Below are positions 8,448-17,981 of a stretch of DNA of 57,781 nucleotides, piece by piece. This DNA comes from Gemmatimonadota bacterium (GTDB lineage: Bacteria; Gemmatimonadota; Gemmatimonadetes; Gemmatimonadales; GWC2-71-9): contig JAZDCZ010000179.1 in assembly GCA_036679605.1 (NCBI GenBank), positions 1 through 57,781 on the forward strand, given 5' to 3'. The position numbers and the translations under genes were made by a program. The notes under the pieces were generated by a model, which was not told the origin of the DNA, did not search any database, and worked only from the letters and a program-made list of their open reading frames with translations. Every line of letters starts with the position of its first letter. Position 1 is the stretch's first letter.

Positions 8448-10460
8448 TTACTGCCGGCGAAACCTGACGAGAAGCCTCAACCAGGCCTCCACGGGTTTGC
8501 CGTCCTTCGTTGCCGGTCTGTAGGACACGGTCTTCGCGAAGTTGACAGCAGCGATAGTAGCAACACTTGGGCGGACCCGCCTGCCCAGCACGACATTCAT
8601 GCTCTTGCCTTCCGGCGAGACTTTCACACGAAGTTGAATCTGCGCCGGAACAGCTCCCGCTCCCGAGGGAACCTCCAGGACCGGCAGTTTAGTGGGAGAA
8701 GGCGCTGTGTCGTAGCAGGCGCCGGACGAAAAATATTCGGGAGCCGGCGGATCTTGCGCGCATATGTTGCCCGCCGGTTTGACTGGCTCCACTGGCTTCG
8801 CGATTGGCTTGGGTACCGGCTTAGGTTCCGGCTTTGCTGCAGGCTTGGATACCGCCGCCAGTTTCGTCAACGACACAGGCAAGACGACTTTCTCGCCCTT
8901 TTTCACGGCAAGGGTCGTCTCGAATTTGTTGTAGCCCAGCCTTTCGATCTCGATCTTGTGTGAGCCGGGCCTCACTTCGGCCGAATCACCTTTGATCGGG
9001 TTCCCGTCGATCTTTACTTGAGTGCCCCGCGACAAGCCCCTGACGACGAGTATGCCATAATCGGGTACGGTCGTAACCGGCGGCTCGGGCGGCGGGGTCA
9101 ATGAATCGGAGGCGGCCGAATCTGCCGCCACCGAATCTGAGGCGTTGGATGCCGCCAGTAGTGACGTGTCTATTGCTGGGGCCGCTGTAGGCTGACCGTC
9201 CTCGCCCGGGGCAGCACTGAGGGTTGGCGATCCCTTCATGAACGGCAACGGCCACTGCGCTCCCATCGCGAAGTACCAGTACCCTCCTGCCCCTCCCCCA
9301 CCGAGCAAGAGAAATACCATCATTCCCACTAGGACACCGGATCTTCTCTTCTTCGGTGCCGCTTCTGCCGGTTCGGTTCCGGTGGAAGCCCCTGGGATGG
9401 GAGTGGTCGGCGTAGTTGGCGAAGCCGTGGGCGGGATCGTGCCGCCCGACGTTGGAGAGTGCTGTGGCAGCACGGTCGTAGCGGCCGAGGCCAACCCTCC
9501 ATCAACCGTTGGCCTGGCAATAGGACCAGAGCCGTGAAGCGCATCAACCAACTCCTGCGCATTCTGAAAACGTTCGTCGGGTACTTTCGCCAACATCCGC
9601 GCAACAATTTCAAACAAAGATCGGTGATCGGCCGATTCCAATTGAGGCTCGGGCAGTTCCTCCATAATGTGCTTGTAACCGATGGCGAATGAGTCTTCAC
9701 CATCAAACGGCACGCAGCCTGCCAGACATTGATAGGCCACGACACCCAACGAATAGATGTCACTCCGCCCATCTAGCGGTTGGGCCCGCGCCTGCTCCGG
9801 ACTCATATAGTGAGGCGTCCCGATCGACATGCCCGTTCCCGTAAGCTTAGTGCCGGTTGCGGCCTTCGCTATACCAAAATCCATAACGATCGCATGCCCC
9901 AACTCGTCGAACATGATGTTGTCCGGCTTGATGTCGCGGTGCACGATTCCGTGCTTGTGCGCGTAGCCAAGCGCTCCCGCGGTCTCGCACAAGATCTGCC
10001 GAATTTCTGCGGGTGAGAGCGCACCTCGTTTTTCCAGCCGATCCGAGAGGGATTCACCGCGCAGGTATTTCATGACAAAGAAAATCACGCGGCCGGACTT
10101 ACCGACTCGATAAATTGGAATGATGTTGGGATGCTCCAGCTTGGCCGATGTTCGGGCCTCGCGCTGGAACCGCTCTACAAACTCCGGATCGAACGACAGG
10201 GATCCCGGAAGGACTTTGATGGCGACTTCGCGGTCGAGATTCTTGTCTCGTGCCTTGAATACGATGGCCATCCCGCCCCGTCCCAGTTCTTCGACAATAT
10301 TGTACTCATCCTTCAAGGCACTGCGGACCTGATCCGCTTCGTTCTGATCTCCGCCGGTCGCTATCGCCGCCAGGGGCGTAGTGACCGCGAGATCGAGCCC
10401 ACAGGTAGGGCAGAATTTGGCGGTGTCTTGAGCTTCAGTGCCGCAACGCGAACAGAACAT
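8448..10460 (-). CDS. Membrane Ser/Thr kinase: Zn ribbon - kinase - TM - PEGA - TonB_C-like
   Basis: GRGGMA, VAIK, HRDIKPDN, DFG, GTPHYMSPE; TM segment; PEGA-like segment; terminal YRPATKDGKPVEAW. Confidence 0.92.
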   Translation of the reverse strand: MFCSRCGTEAQDTAKFCPTCGLDLAVTTPLAAIATGGDQNEADQVRSALKDEYNIVEELGRGGMAIVFKARDKNLDREVAIKVLPGSLSFDPEFVERFQREARTSAKLEHPNIIPIYRVGKSGRVIFFVMKYLRGESLSDRLEKRGALSPAEIRQILCETAGALGYAHKHGIVHRDIKPDNIMFDELGHAIVMDFGIAKAATGTKLTGTGMSIGTPHYMSPEQARAQPLDGRSDIYSLGVVAYQCLAGCVPFDGEDSFAIGYKHIMEELPEPQLESADHRSLFEIVARMLAKVPDERFQNAQELVDALHGSGPIARPTVDGGLASAATTVLPQHSPTSGGTIPPTASPTTPTTPIPGASTGTEPAEAAPKKRRSGVLVGMMVFLLLGGGGAGGYWYFAMGAQWPLPFMKGSPTLSAAPGEDGQPTAAPAIDTSLLAASNASDSVAADSAASDSLTPPPEPPVTTVPDYGILVVRGLSRGTQVKIDGNPIKGDSAEVRPGSHKIEIERLGYNKFETTLAVKKGEKVVLPVSLTKLAAVSKPAAKPEPKPVPKPIAKPVEPVKPAGNICAQDPPAPEYFSSGACYDTAPSPTKLPVLEVPSGAGAVPAQIQLRVKVSPEGKSMNVVLGRRVRPSVATIAAVNFAKTVSYRPATKDGKPVEAWLRLLVRFRRQ

Positions 10461-10481
10461 TCTTCTCCCCGAAGAAACTCC

Positions 10482-10511
10482 AACTTAGGTACCGGTCAGG
10501 AAGGGTGTCAA
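10482..10511 (-). promoter_or_regulatory. Sigma70-like promoter of the kinase gene
   Basis: TTGACA-N18-TAAGTT on the minus strand, just upstream of ATG 10460. Confidence 0.55.
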
Positions 10512-10538
10512 GCTGGTGACAGCAGTGGCCGTGGCTCA

Positions 10539-12473
10539 TTATTGCCGCAGGGCGTACTCCCTCAAGAAAGCGGCTATGCCACGTGCGATTCCTCTTGCAT
10601 ATCGCAACTGTCCCTCTTCGCTTGCCAGCACCGATTCCTGCTCAGGAATCATCATAAAAAGCCCCTCGGTCAGCACTGCGGGCATCCAAGTTCCGCGCAA
10701 AACAGCAAACTCTCCGCGCAATATTCCGAGGTCGCCGAACCCCAATTGGCTCACTAGCGCCCTATCTACCGCCCGCGCCAACGGTGCACTACCAGGATGA
10801 AAGTAGTACACGCTGGTTCCCCTGCTCACGAACGGATTCACACCGTCCGGCAGCGCGTTCGCGTGGACGGATACCATGAGATCCGCATTGGCCCGTTCGG
10901 CCCTCTTGACCCGCTCCGCCAGCCCCAAAGGGGCCTCAGTATCGCGAACCAAGACAACCGTCGCCCCGTAACCCTCCAAGAGTCCGGCGGCCTTTCTGCT
11001 CACTGCCAGGACCGCCTGAGGCTCCCAAAGGCCCGCCGGGCCAGTAGCTCCCCACGGCGGGTGACCGGCATCCAGTGCAATAACCAGGCCCTTGAGCGGT
11101 CGCTTTGGATCTATTATCGGCGGTCGACGGATTTCCCACAGGAGGGCGTTCCCCTCCCAATGGGTTCGGTAGCCCCACACGTCATTCGACAGTGACACAT
11201 TGATGACGACTTCATCCTCGACTGGCTGAGCGAACGACACCAGCCGGACGAGGGGGTCGGTACCACCGTAGTTGATGATGTCTACGTCAGCGCGGGCTCC
11301 GTACAGTGTAAGCGAAAGGTTCCGCTCATCCTCGGCAACATGAAACGGGAGCCTCGCCTGCAGTGGGATTCGCACGACCACAGATTCTTCTCCAGGACGC
11401 AGGCTCAGAGACCCGACTCGGCTGGACGGGGCCGGCGTGCCGACTGGCAGAATCTCCACTTCCGTTCCATCTACCCATGCCGAACTTCTCGCCGAGAGCT
11501 GCAGTCGGATTCGCCCGTTGGATCGGCCACTGACACTAGCCACTGTTCCATTCGGGAAGAACCAATTGTAGCTCCCCAGTGGGGACGGCCGGCCGACCAC
11601 TATTCCATCATCGTCACCCTCATTCACAAGATCATCGTTCAGAGAAACGACGGGAAGTGAACGTGGCTCCAACACACCGACTCGAAGGGGCCAGAACGCC
11701 CGCCCCGTGTCACCACGGGCGATCAACTCGATGCGCATTCGCAGAGAATCTTCAGCCTCAGGCACTGTGTCCATCGGGAAGAGGGAGGCGGGCTCGCTCC
11801 CGACGGCACCCGACACAGATGCCACATACCTCGCTGTGGCGTCGTTTGACGCCGCTCGGGCATCTCGGATGAACGTCACTTCCCTGCCGTCGGCCAAGAT
11901 CCCGCGCACCACGGCACCCGCTGACGCTCGCAGCGACAAGCGGGTCGATTCACCCGGGCGAACCCAGTGATCGCCTGTCGGCGCAAATGACGTGGTGTCG
12001 ATCCATTCGTCGCCGACTGGCTCCGGCCGCCGTGGCGCGATTGGTGCGTAGAAGGTCAATCGAGCCGTATCACCGGCAGCGCTAGCCACAATATCATATC
12101 GTGCTACGGTATCGTCCGGCAGCGGCAACCAGGCGATCCATCCTCCGCTTGGAAAGACCGGAGTGGGCCGACCGTTGACCTTGACGACGGCATCGCCTCT
12201 GCCGGCGCCGCCAAAAATAAATGCCGAATCTCGACTCTGGATCTGGTAGCCGCTCAGCGCCACCAAAGTGGTTTGTTCACCAACTCGGGCGATCCGTCCC
12301 TCGCTGGGCGGGTAAACCACCGACAGGGATAGCGGCCCCACCGCATTGGAAGGCCGGGGTAGCGGGGCGAGCGACCTGCCAGGTTCTGGTTGGTAGTTAG
12401 GGCCGAACAGCGCACAGGAAGTACTCGAGAGGCAGATCACTAGCGCGACGGCCGCCGAGTCGAGACGTGCCAT
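10539..12473 (-). CDS. N-acetylmuramoyl-L-alanine amidase (Amidase_3), probable lipoprotein
   Basis: IALDAGH, E, LAERV..A, SVHAN, PAVLTE motifs in the C-terminal domain; N-terminal signal with Cys. Confidence 0.9.
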   Translation of the reverse strand: MARLDSAAVALVICLSSTSCALFGPNYQPEPGRSLAPLPRPSNAVGPLSLSVVYPPSEGRIARVGEQTTLVALSGYQIQSRDSAFIFGGAGRGDAVVKVNGRPTPVFPSGGWIAWLPLPDDTVARYDIVASAAGDTARLTFYAPIAPRRPEPVGDEWIDTTSFAPTGDHWVRPGESTRLSLRASAGAVVRGILADGREVTFIRDARAASNDATARYVASVSGAVGSEPASLFPMDTVPEAEDSLRMRIELIARGDTGRAFWPLRVGVLEPRSLPVVSLNDDLVNEGDDDGIVVGRPSPLGSYNWFFPNGTVASVSGRSNGRIRLQLSARSSAWVDGTEVEILPVGTPAPSSRVGSLSLRPGEESVVVRIPLQARLPFHVAEDERNLSLTLYGARADVDIINYGGTDPLVRLVSFAQPVEDEVVINVSLSNDVWGYRTHWEGNALLWEIRRPPIIDPKRPLKGLVIALDAGHPPWGATGPAGLWEPQAVLAVSRKAAGLLEGYGATVVLVRDTEAPLGLAERVKRAERANADLMVSVHANALPDGVNPFVSRGTSVYYFHPGSAPLARAVDRALVSQLGFGDLGILRGEFAVLRGTWMPAVLTEGLFMMIPEQESVLASEEGQLRYARGIARGIAAFLREYALRQ

Positions 12474-12481
12474 GGTGGCGG

Positions 12482-12548
12482 AAACTACACAAATTCAATC
12501 GACTACGTCAATTCTCGTGTTGACCGGGTATTTTTCGGGCAGTAGATT
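12482..12548. promoter_or_regulatory. Back-to-back divergent sigma70 promoters
   Basis: Plus strand TTGACC(12520)-N17-TAGATT; minus strand TTGACG(12511)-N18-TAGTTT. Confidence 0.6.
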
Positions 12549-12588
12549 GGCTCGTTCTACTCTACTTTTTTCTGGAGTCATCTGATAG

Positions 12589-13620
12589 GTGTATTCCTGC
12601 GCACATTGCGGTAAAGAAAACAACACCGAATCCCGCTATTGCGAGGATTGCGGGAAGGCAATGGACCGCCCATCGGCCGAGGCCGCCAGCCCAAGCGCCG
12701 TGGCCGAAGCTCCTGCAAAGAATCCCGTGGTCCGCCAGTCGGCCGTTAAGGGCATGGTCCGGTGCCCTTCATGCGCCAAGGACGTTGTGCGGGGCCTCCC
12801 GTTCTGCCCGTCGTGTGGGAAACGGCTGACGGCGACACAGGAGGGCGTGCGGTCGTGTGCCAACTGCGGCATACCGCTCGGAGCTGACGCAAAATTCTGC
12901 GCGACGTGCGGCCAGGACGCCGATGGATCTCCCATGGCTCCTCGCACCTCGGCGTTCGCCGCCCAGCGATCGGAAGTGCCCGGAGAGTTGGCTGTGGTGG
13001 ACGAATCAGGTGAGATCGCGAGCACCCACCACTTGGTTGGCGCAGAAACGACAATCGGTCGTGACGGTGCCGATATCGAATTCCGTGACGACGCATTCAT
13101 GTCGCCGCTCCACGCACAGGTAAACATCATGGACGGGCAGTTTTCGGTCCGCGACCTGGGAAGCCGCAATGGCACGTGGATCTTTATTACCGAGCCGTAT
13201 CGGTTAAATGACGGCGATCTGGTGCTCATAGGTTCTCAAATCCTACTCTTTCGACGCTTGGGCTACCCGGGGCCGCATCCGCCGGAGCGAGACGCAACCC
13301 GACGCATGGGTAGCTTGGTGCCCAGCGCTGACATCGCTAGGCTGGTTCAGCTTCGAAGTGACGGGTCACAGCGTGACACATTCCACCTATCGCCCGGTCG
13401 CAACATGGGGATCGGGCGTGAGCGCGGCGATTGGACCTTCGGATACGACCCGTCCTTGAGCGGACTACACGCTGAAGTCCGTTCTGAAGACGCCGACTTT
13501 GTGGTAGTGGATGCTGGTAGCCGCAACGGGGTCGCCGTATCGGTGAGAGGCGAGGTAGCATTGACGAACGGGTCGCGCTTCCTAGTGGGCGACAAGTTGT
13601 TCCGGCTGGTCCTCCCGTGA
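12589..13620 (+). CDS. Zinc-ribbon plus tandem FHA domain protein
   Basis: Three CxxC..CxxC ribbons; two FHA motifs (IGR...S..HA...DLGSRNG and IGR...S..HA...DAGSRNG). Confidence 0.9.
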   Translation: MYSCAHCGKENNTESRYCEDCGKAMDRPSAEAASPSAVAEAPAKNPVVRQSAVKGMVRCPSCAKDVVRGLPFCPSCGKRLTATQEGVRSCANCGIPLGADAKFCATCGQDADGSPMAPRTSAFAAQRSEVPGELAVVDESGEIASTHHLVGAETTIGRDGADIEFRDDAFMSPLHAQVNIMDGQFSVRDLGSRNGTWIFITEPYRLNDGDLVLIGSQILLFRRLGYPGPHPPERDATRRMGSLVPSADIARLVQLRSDGSQRDTFHLSPGRNMGIGRERGDWTFGYDPSLSGLHAEVRSEDADFVVVDAGSRNGVAVSVRGEVALTNGSRFLVGDKLFRLVLP

Positions 13621-15407
13621 AGACCTGCACGACATGCGGTACCGAATGGCCCGATGAGACCAAGTTTTGCCCCAGCGACGGGACGACACTAAGATCTGCC
13701 CAGGCCGGCGCAAGTCTCTTGGGCAGTGTCCTAGCCGACCGTTACCACATTATCGAGAAGCTGGGCGAGGGCGGCATGGGGGCCGTTTACCTAGGTGAGC
13801 ACGTCAAGATGGGCCGCAGGAGCGCCATCAAGGTCATGACCCAGGCGCTTTCGCAGGACCCCGACGCGATCGCTCGGTTCAACCGAGAGGCTGCAAACGC
13901 GGCTAGGATCAACCATCCCAACGTCTGTGGCATATACGACTTTGGGGAGACTTCGGACGGGACCATTTTCCTCGCGATGGAACTCATTGAGGGAGAATCC
14001 CTAACCGACCTGCTGAAGAGAGAAGCTCCGTTGGGCTTACACAGAGCGACCGCGCTCCTGCGACAGACCGCAGACGCTCTTCAAGCCGCCCACGATCTGG
14101 GGATCGTACACCGAGACCTCAAGCCCGATAACATCATGATAGCGCGGGCACGCAACGGCTCCGACCTGGTCAAGGTCGTCGACTTTGGCATCGCAAAAGC
14201 GATGGGGGGCGAGGAGGGACAGAAGGTCACCCGCACGGGGCTGGTGGTCGGGACTCCCGAATACATGAGCCCTGAGCAGCTCTCGGGGGACGTGATGGAT
14301 GGCCGCAGCGACGTCTATTCGCTCGCCTTGGTCTTCTTCCGGATTCTTACGGGTGTGCTGCCATTTCAGGCAGAGAGCGCTCAAGAGGTGATGATCAAGC
14401 GGCTGACAGACGAGCCGACCAAGCTGGAAGATGCACTGCCAGGCGGGAATTTCCCGCCGCGACTCCAGCAAGTTATGGATCATGTCCTCCAGCGCATGCC
14501 TACAGACCGGTTCGAAAGTGCGGACGCATTCGCTCAGGCAGTGATTCAGGTAGTGAGCGGCAGCGCTGGGGGCGACGTTGCCGAAAAGACCGAGGAAGTG
14601 GACGTGGCGGCCACTCAGCTCATCGACGCGGGTGATTCGGCCGCGACAGAGATACTCGAAAAGACCGTCGCCGCTGATGCCTTCAAGGCGGAACCGACCC
14701 AGCCGCCGCAGGCTACACCTGAAACCCCGATGCCAGTGGCTTCTCCGGCGGAAAAAACGGGCAAGAAAAAACCCGTCATGGCAATTGCTGCCTCGATTGC
14801 GGTTCTGGCCGTCGGCGGCGGAGCGGCAACTTGGGCGCTACGAGGTGGGAACGGGACGGAGCCGGACACTACGCAAGGAGGGCAGCCCGTTGTCCTCGCC
14901 AACCGACCCTTGGACTCGTCCGACACCCAGGGGAGCGCCCTGCCTGGCAGCGAGGGGACACCAGGCGGTCAAGCCGGACTCGATTCCAACGGGGATGGTC
15001 GGATTGGCGCTACCGTGGGGGACAGCGTTATTTTAACTGGCGACACCACGGCCCGGGGGTCGTCGTCTGGAGAGGATAAACCCATTGCGGTCTCGGACCC
15101 CCCTCCAGAGGAGGGGACTGCGCCGGAAGTAACGGCCGCACGGATCCAAGTGACAATCGACAGCCTAATAGAGCCGATTTTTGAGGTCGAAACTTGGCGA
15201 GAAGCTAGGGATCGAGCCAGGACACTATTTAACGATGGGGCGACAACTGACACGCTGAAAGCCAAGATTGCGTATATGTTGGCACAATCTTATTCCTTTG
15301 ACGTTGACATGGGGGACTTAATGTGCCTATGGAGCGATCGCGCCGTTGAAAACGACCCGACTAACGAACTACACAGAAAATTCAAACGAGACAATTGTAA
15401 CCAGTGA
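13617..15407 (+). CDS. Membrane Ser/Thr protein kinase
   Basis: GEGGMG, AIK, HRDLKPDN, DFG, GTPEYMSPE; TM near residue 390; GTGA overlap with the FHA gene. Confidence 0.93.
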   Translation: MKTCTTCGTEWPDETKFCPSDGTTLRSAQAGASLLGSVLADRYHIIEKLGEGGMGAVYLGEHVKMGRRSAIKVMTQALSQDPDAIARFNREAANAARINHPNVCGIYDFGETSDGTIFLAMELIEGESLTDLLKREAPLGLHRATALLRQTADALQAAHDLGIVHRDLKPDNIMIARARNGSDLVKVVDFGIAKAMGGEEGQKVTRTGLVVGTPEYMSPEQLSGDVMDGRSDVYSLALVFFRILTGVLPFQAESAQEVMIKRLTDEPTKLEDALPGGNFPPRLQQVMDHVLQRMPTDRFESADAFAQAVIQVVSGSAGGDVAEKTEEVDVAATQLIDAGDSAATEILEKTVAADAFKAEPTQPPQATPETPMPVASPAEKTGKKKPVMAIAASIAVLAVGGGAATWALRGGNGTEPDTTQGGQPVVLANRPLDSSDTQGSALPGSEGTPGGQAGLDSNGDGRIGATVGDSVILTGDTTARGSSSGEDKPIAVSDPPPEEGTAPEVTAARIQVTIDSLIEPIFEVETWREARDRARTLFNDGATTDTLKAKIAYMLAQSYSFDVDMGDLMCLWSDRAVENDPTNELHRKFKRDNCNQ

Positions 15408-15436
15408 ATGCGACTAGCTCGAAGGGAAATTCGCGC

Positions 15437-16435
15437 ATGCGGGTAACCGTATTCGGCAAGACAGACGTCGGCCGGAACCGCGAACACAATGAGGACTCAT
15501 TCCTCGTGGCGGATCTGAGCACCCAAAATGCTTCACTTAGACCCGAGGTGAGGGAACATGAAATAGGCCCCAAGGGCACGCTACTCGTTGTCGCCGATGG
15601 AATGGGTGGGGCGGCCGCAGGTGAGGTTGCTAGTGAGATGGCAACGGATGTCGTTTACAAGCATCTGGTCGACGCGTGGGTCCCGGACCCCGAGAACACC
15701 GCGCAGCAGTTTGCTTATCGCCTGAGAGAGTCCGTAGAAAAAGCAAACGAGAAGATCCACACTTACTCCAGGGAACACCCTGAAGTGCGCGGAATGGGCA
15801 CGACCATGACCGCCGTAGGGGCGTTTGAGGATCACCTCTACCTGTCGCAAGTCGGCGATTCGCGCGCGTACCTCGTGCGCAAGGGAACAGCCATCCAGCT
15901 CACGAAGGATCAATCGCTCATGCAGCGACTGGTCGACGCGGGCGAGCTTACTGAGGAAGAGGCGGAGCACAGCGAGCGGAAGAACATCATTCTCCAAGCC
16001 CTCGGACCAGAAGCCCGCGTTCGAGTCGACCTCACCTATCAGTCGATCCGAAAGGGCGATGCGATCCTGATCTGCTCCGATGGATTGTCCGGTCTCGTCA
16101 CAAAGGATGAGATCGCCGAGAAGCTGCGTTCAGACAAGGATCTGTTGGCAATCTCGAGCGAGCTGATCGACCTCGCCAACGAGCGCGGCGGTCCGGATAA
16201 TATTACGGTTATCGTTGCGCGCTTTTCAGGTGATGCATTGAGTGATCCCGGAGACGACGAAAAAGTGGGTCACGAGATTTATCCCTTACTTGATACGGAA
16301 TCCACCACCGAACCCGTACCCGTTTACACCGGAAGCGAGCCCCCCACACCAAAGGGCTCTTCGATGATCGCGGCCGGTGCTGCCGCCGCTGCTATCGTCG
16401 CAGTATCCCTGATTCTGACCGTGTTTGCGTTCTAG
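15437..16435 (+). CDS. PP2C/Stp1-family Ser/Thr phosphatase with C-terminal membrane anchor
   Basis: DVGRNREHNED, VADGMGG, MGTT, VGDSRAY, CSDGL, GGPDNIT. Confidence 0.93.
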   Translation: MRVTVFGKTDVGRNREHNEDSFLVADLSTQNASLRPEVREHEIGPKGTLLVVADGMGGAAAGEVASEMATDVVYKHLVDAWVPDPENTAQQFAYRLRESVEKANEKIHTYSREHPEVRGMGTTMTAVGAFEDHLYLSQVGDSRAYLVRKGTAIQLTKDQSLMQRLVDAGELTEEEAEHSERKNIILQALGPEARVRVDLTYQSIRKGDAILICSDGLSGLVTKDEIAEKLRSDKDLLAISSELIDLANERGGPDNITVIVARFSGDALSDPGDDEKVGHEIYPLLDTESTTEPVPVYTGSEPPTPKGSSMIAAGAAAAAIVAVSLILTVFAF

Positions 16436-16440
16436 GACTA

Positions 16441-17928
16441 GTGAAAGCACAGCTCAAGGCTCTCACAGGAAAGATCGCGGGGCAAATGGTCGTATTCTCG
16501 AAACCGGCTATCGAGATCGGCCGCCATCCTTCGTCCGACCTCCAATTCGATCCGGCCGGTGACCTCCAGGTGTCCGGACGTCATGCTCGAATCGTCCACG
16601 ACGGGAACCGTTGGGTGCTGCGGGATCTCGGGAGCCTGAACGGGACCCTTGTCAACGGCCACCGGATATCCTCGAACACCGCCCTCGACGACACAGATCA
16701 GATACAGTTCGGCACCAAGGGTCCGATCTTGGAATTCAGACTGGTTCCCGATGGTACACCCGATGGAATCCTGGAGCCGGCCCGAACACCCTCAGCGCCC
16801 GATCCTCGACTGCTGCAAACTGCTGAGACGAGGGGACCGCGACCGAGCCAGTTCGCCACCCCGGAAGGCATGTCTACACTGCCCACCCCGGACCCACCGT
16901 CTACTAGCCCTTCCGGCACAACCAAGCGATTGCGTGTCGAATTGGGCAAGCAGAGCCGGAGAATCCGCTATCTCACGGCCGCAGTAATCACCATTGTTGT
17001 CGCGAGTGTTGGAGCCTTCGTGGTTCAGAACAACCGCCAGAAGCACATCCGCGAAACTGAAGTTTCTCAGCTCGAAGCTCGCACCGACAGTATCCTCGGC
17101 GCAGCCGCCGACGCATTGCAATCCTTACAGGGTCAGGTACAGGGCCTGGCGACGGCCCTTGGCGAGTCGAGAACAGAAGTGAGCGGTCTCCGCCGCGATC
17201 TGACGACCGCACAGAGAACTGGCGACGCTGAGGAGGTCACGGCACTCCGCAGGCGCCTGGCGGACGCGAGCCAGGCGCTTCTCTATAGACAGGCCGCCGC
17301 TTATGTGGACTACCAAGGCATCGTGGCGGCCAACCAGGCAGCAGTGGGCCTTCTGTGGGCAGAATTCGCTCCCGGCGACGTCGCCAACGGTACGGCCTTC
17401 GCCGTACGACCAGACGGTACCATGCTGACGGCCCGCCATGTGGTGGCCGGCGAGAAAGGTGATCGCCAGCCCACCAGATTGGCGGTGAAGTTTGCCGATT
17501 CCGATCAGGTCTACCCTGCTACGGTAGTTGCGGTGGACCCCAATTCGGACGTGGCAGTAATTCGAGTCAACGTGCCAGGCAACAACGTGCCTACGGTGAA
17601 GGGGCTGGCGAACACGAGCACTCGACTGGCCCCCGGCGACCCTGTCGCAACGATAGGATTTCCTTTGGGGACATCGCTGCCCATGTCCAAATCGGGCGAC
17701 CGCACTATCGCCCGGACGACGTTCTCGGCCGGTTCTATCAGCAAGATTCTCTCCGACATCGTTCAGATCGACGGCTACGGCACCCAGGGGGCCAGCGGTA
17801 GCCCTATCCTGAACGAGAGCGGTCTGGTAATAGGGATCCTCTATGGGGGCGAGCCTGGGTCAAGTGGACGGATCGTGCTCGCGGTGCCCATTGCCTACGC
17901 CAAGCGGCTCTTGAACTCAATTCGTTAG
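16441..17928 (+). CDS. FHA - TM - coiled coil - trypsin-like serine protease
   Basis: FHA (IGRH..VSGRHA..DLGSLNGT); TM; catalytic triad motifs TARHVV, DVAVI, GASGSP. Confidence 0.88.
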   Translation: MKAQLKALTGKIAGQMVVFSKPAIEIGRHPSSDLQFDPAGDLQVSGRHARIVHDGNRWVLRDLGSLNGTLVNGHRISSNTALDDTDQIQFGTKGPILEFRLVPDGTPDGILEPARTPSAPDPRLLQTAETRGPRPSQFATPEGMSTLPTPDPPSTSPSGTTKRLRVELGKQSRRIRYLTAAVITIVVASVGAFVVQNNRQKHIRETEVSQLEARTDSILGAAADALQSLQGQVQGLATALGESRTEVSGLRRDLTTAQRTGDAEEVTALRRRLADASQALLYRQAAAYVDYQGIVAANQAAVGLLWAEFAPGDVANGTAFAVRPDGTMLTARHVVAGEKGDRQPTRLAVKFADSDQVYPATVVAVDPNSDVAVIRVNVPGNNVPTVKGLANTSTRLAPGDPVATIGFPLGTSLPMSKSGDRTIARTTFSAGSISKILSDIVQIDGYGTQGASGSPILNESGLVIGILYGGEPGSSGRIVLAVPIAYAKRLLNSIR

Positions 17929-17956
17929 CAGGACCAAACCGGAGTCACCGCAACCC

Positions 17957-17978
17957 AATGCGAGTGAGCGCTCGCATT
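17957..17978. terminator. Hairpin between convergent genes
   Basis: AATGCGAG...CTCGCATT stem; no strong U-tract. Confidence 0.4.
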
Positions 17979-17981
17979 AAA

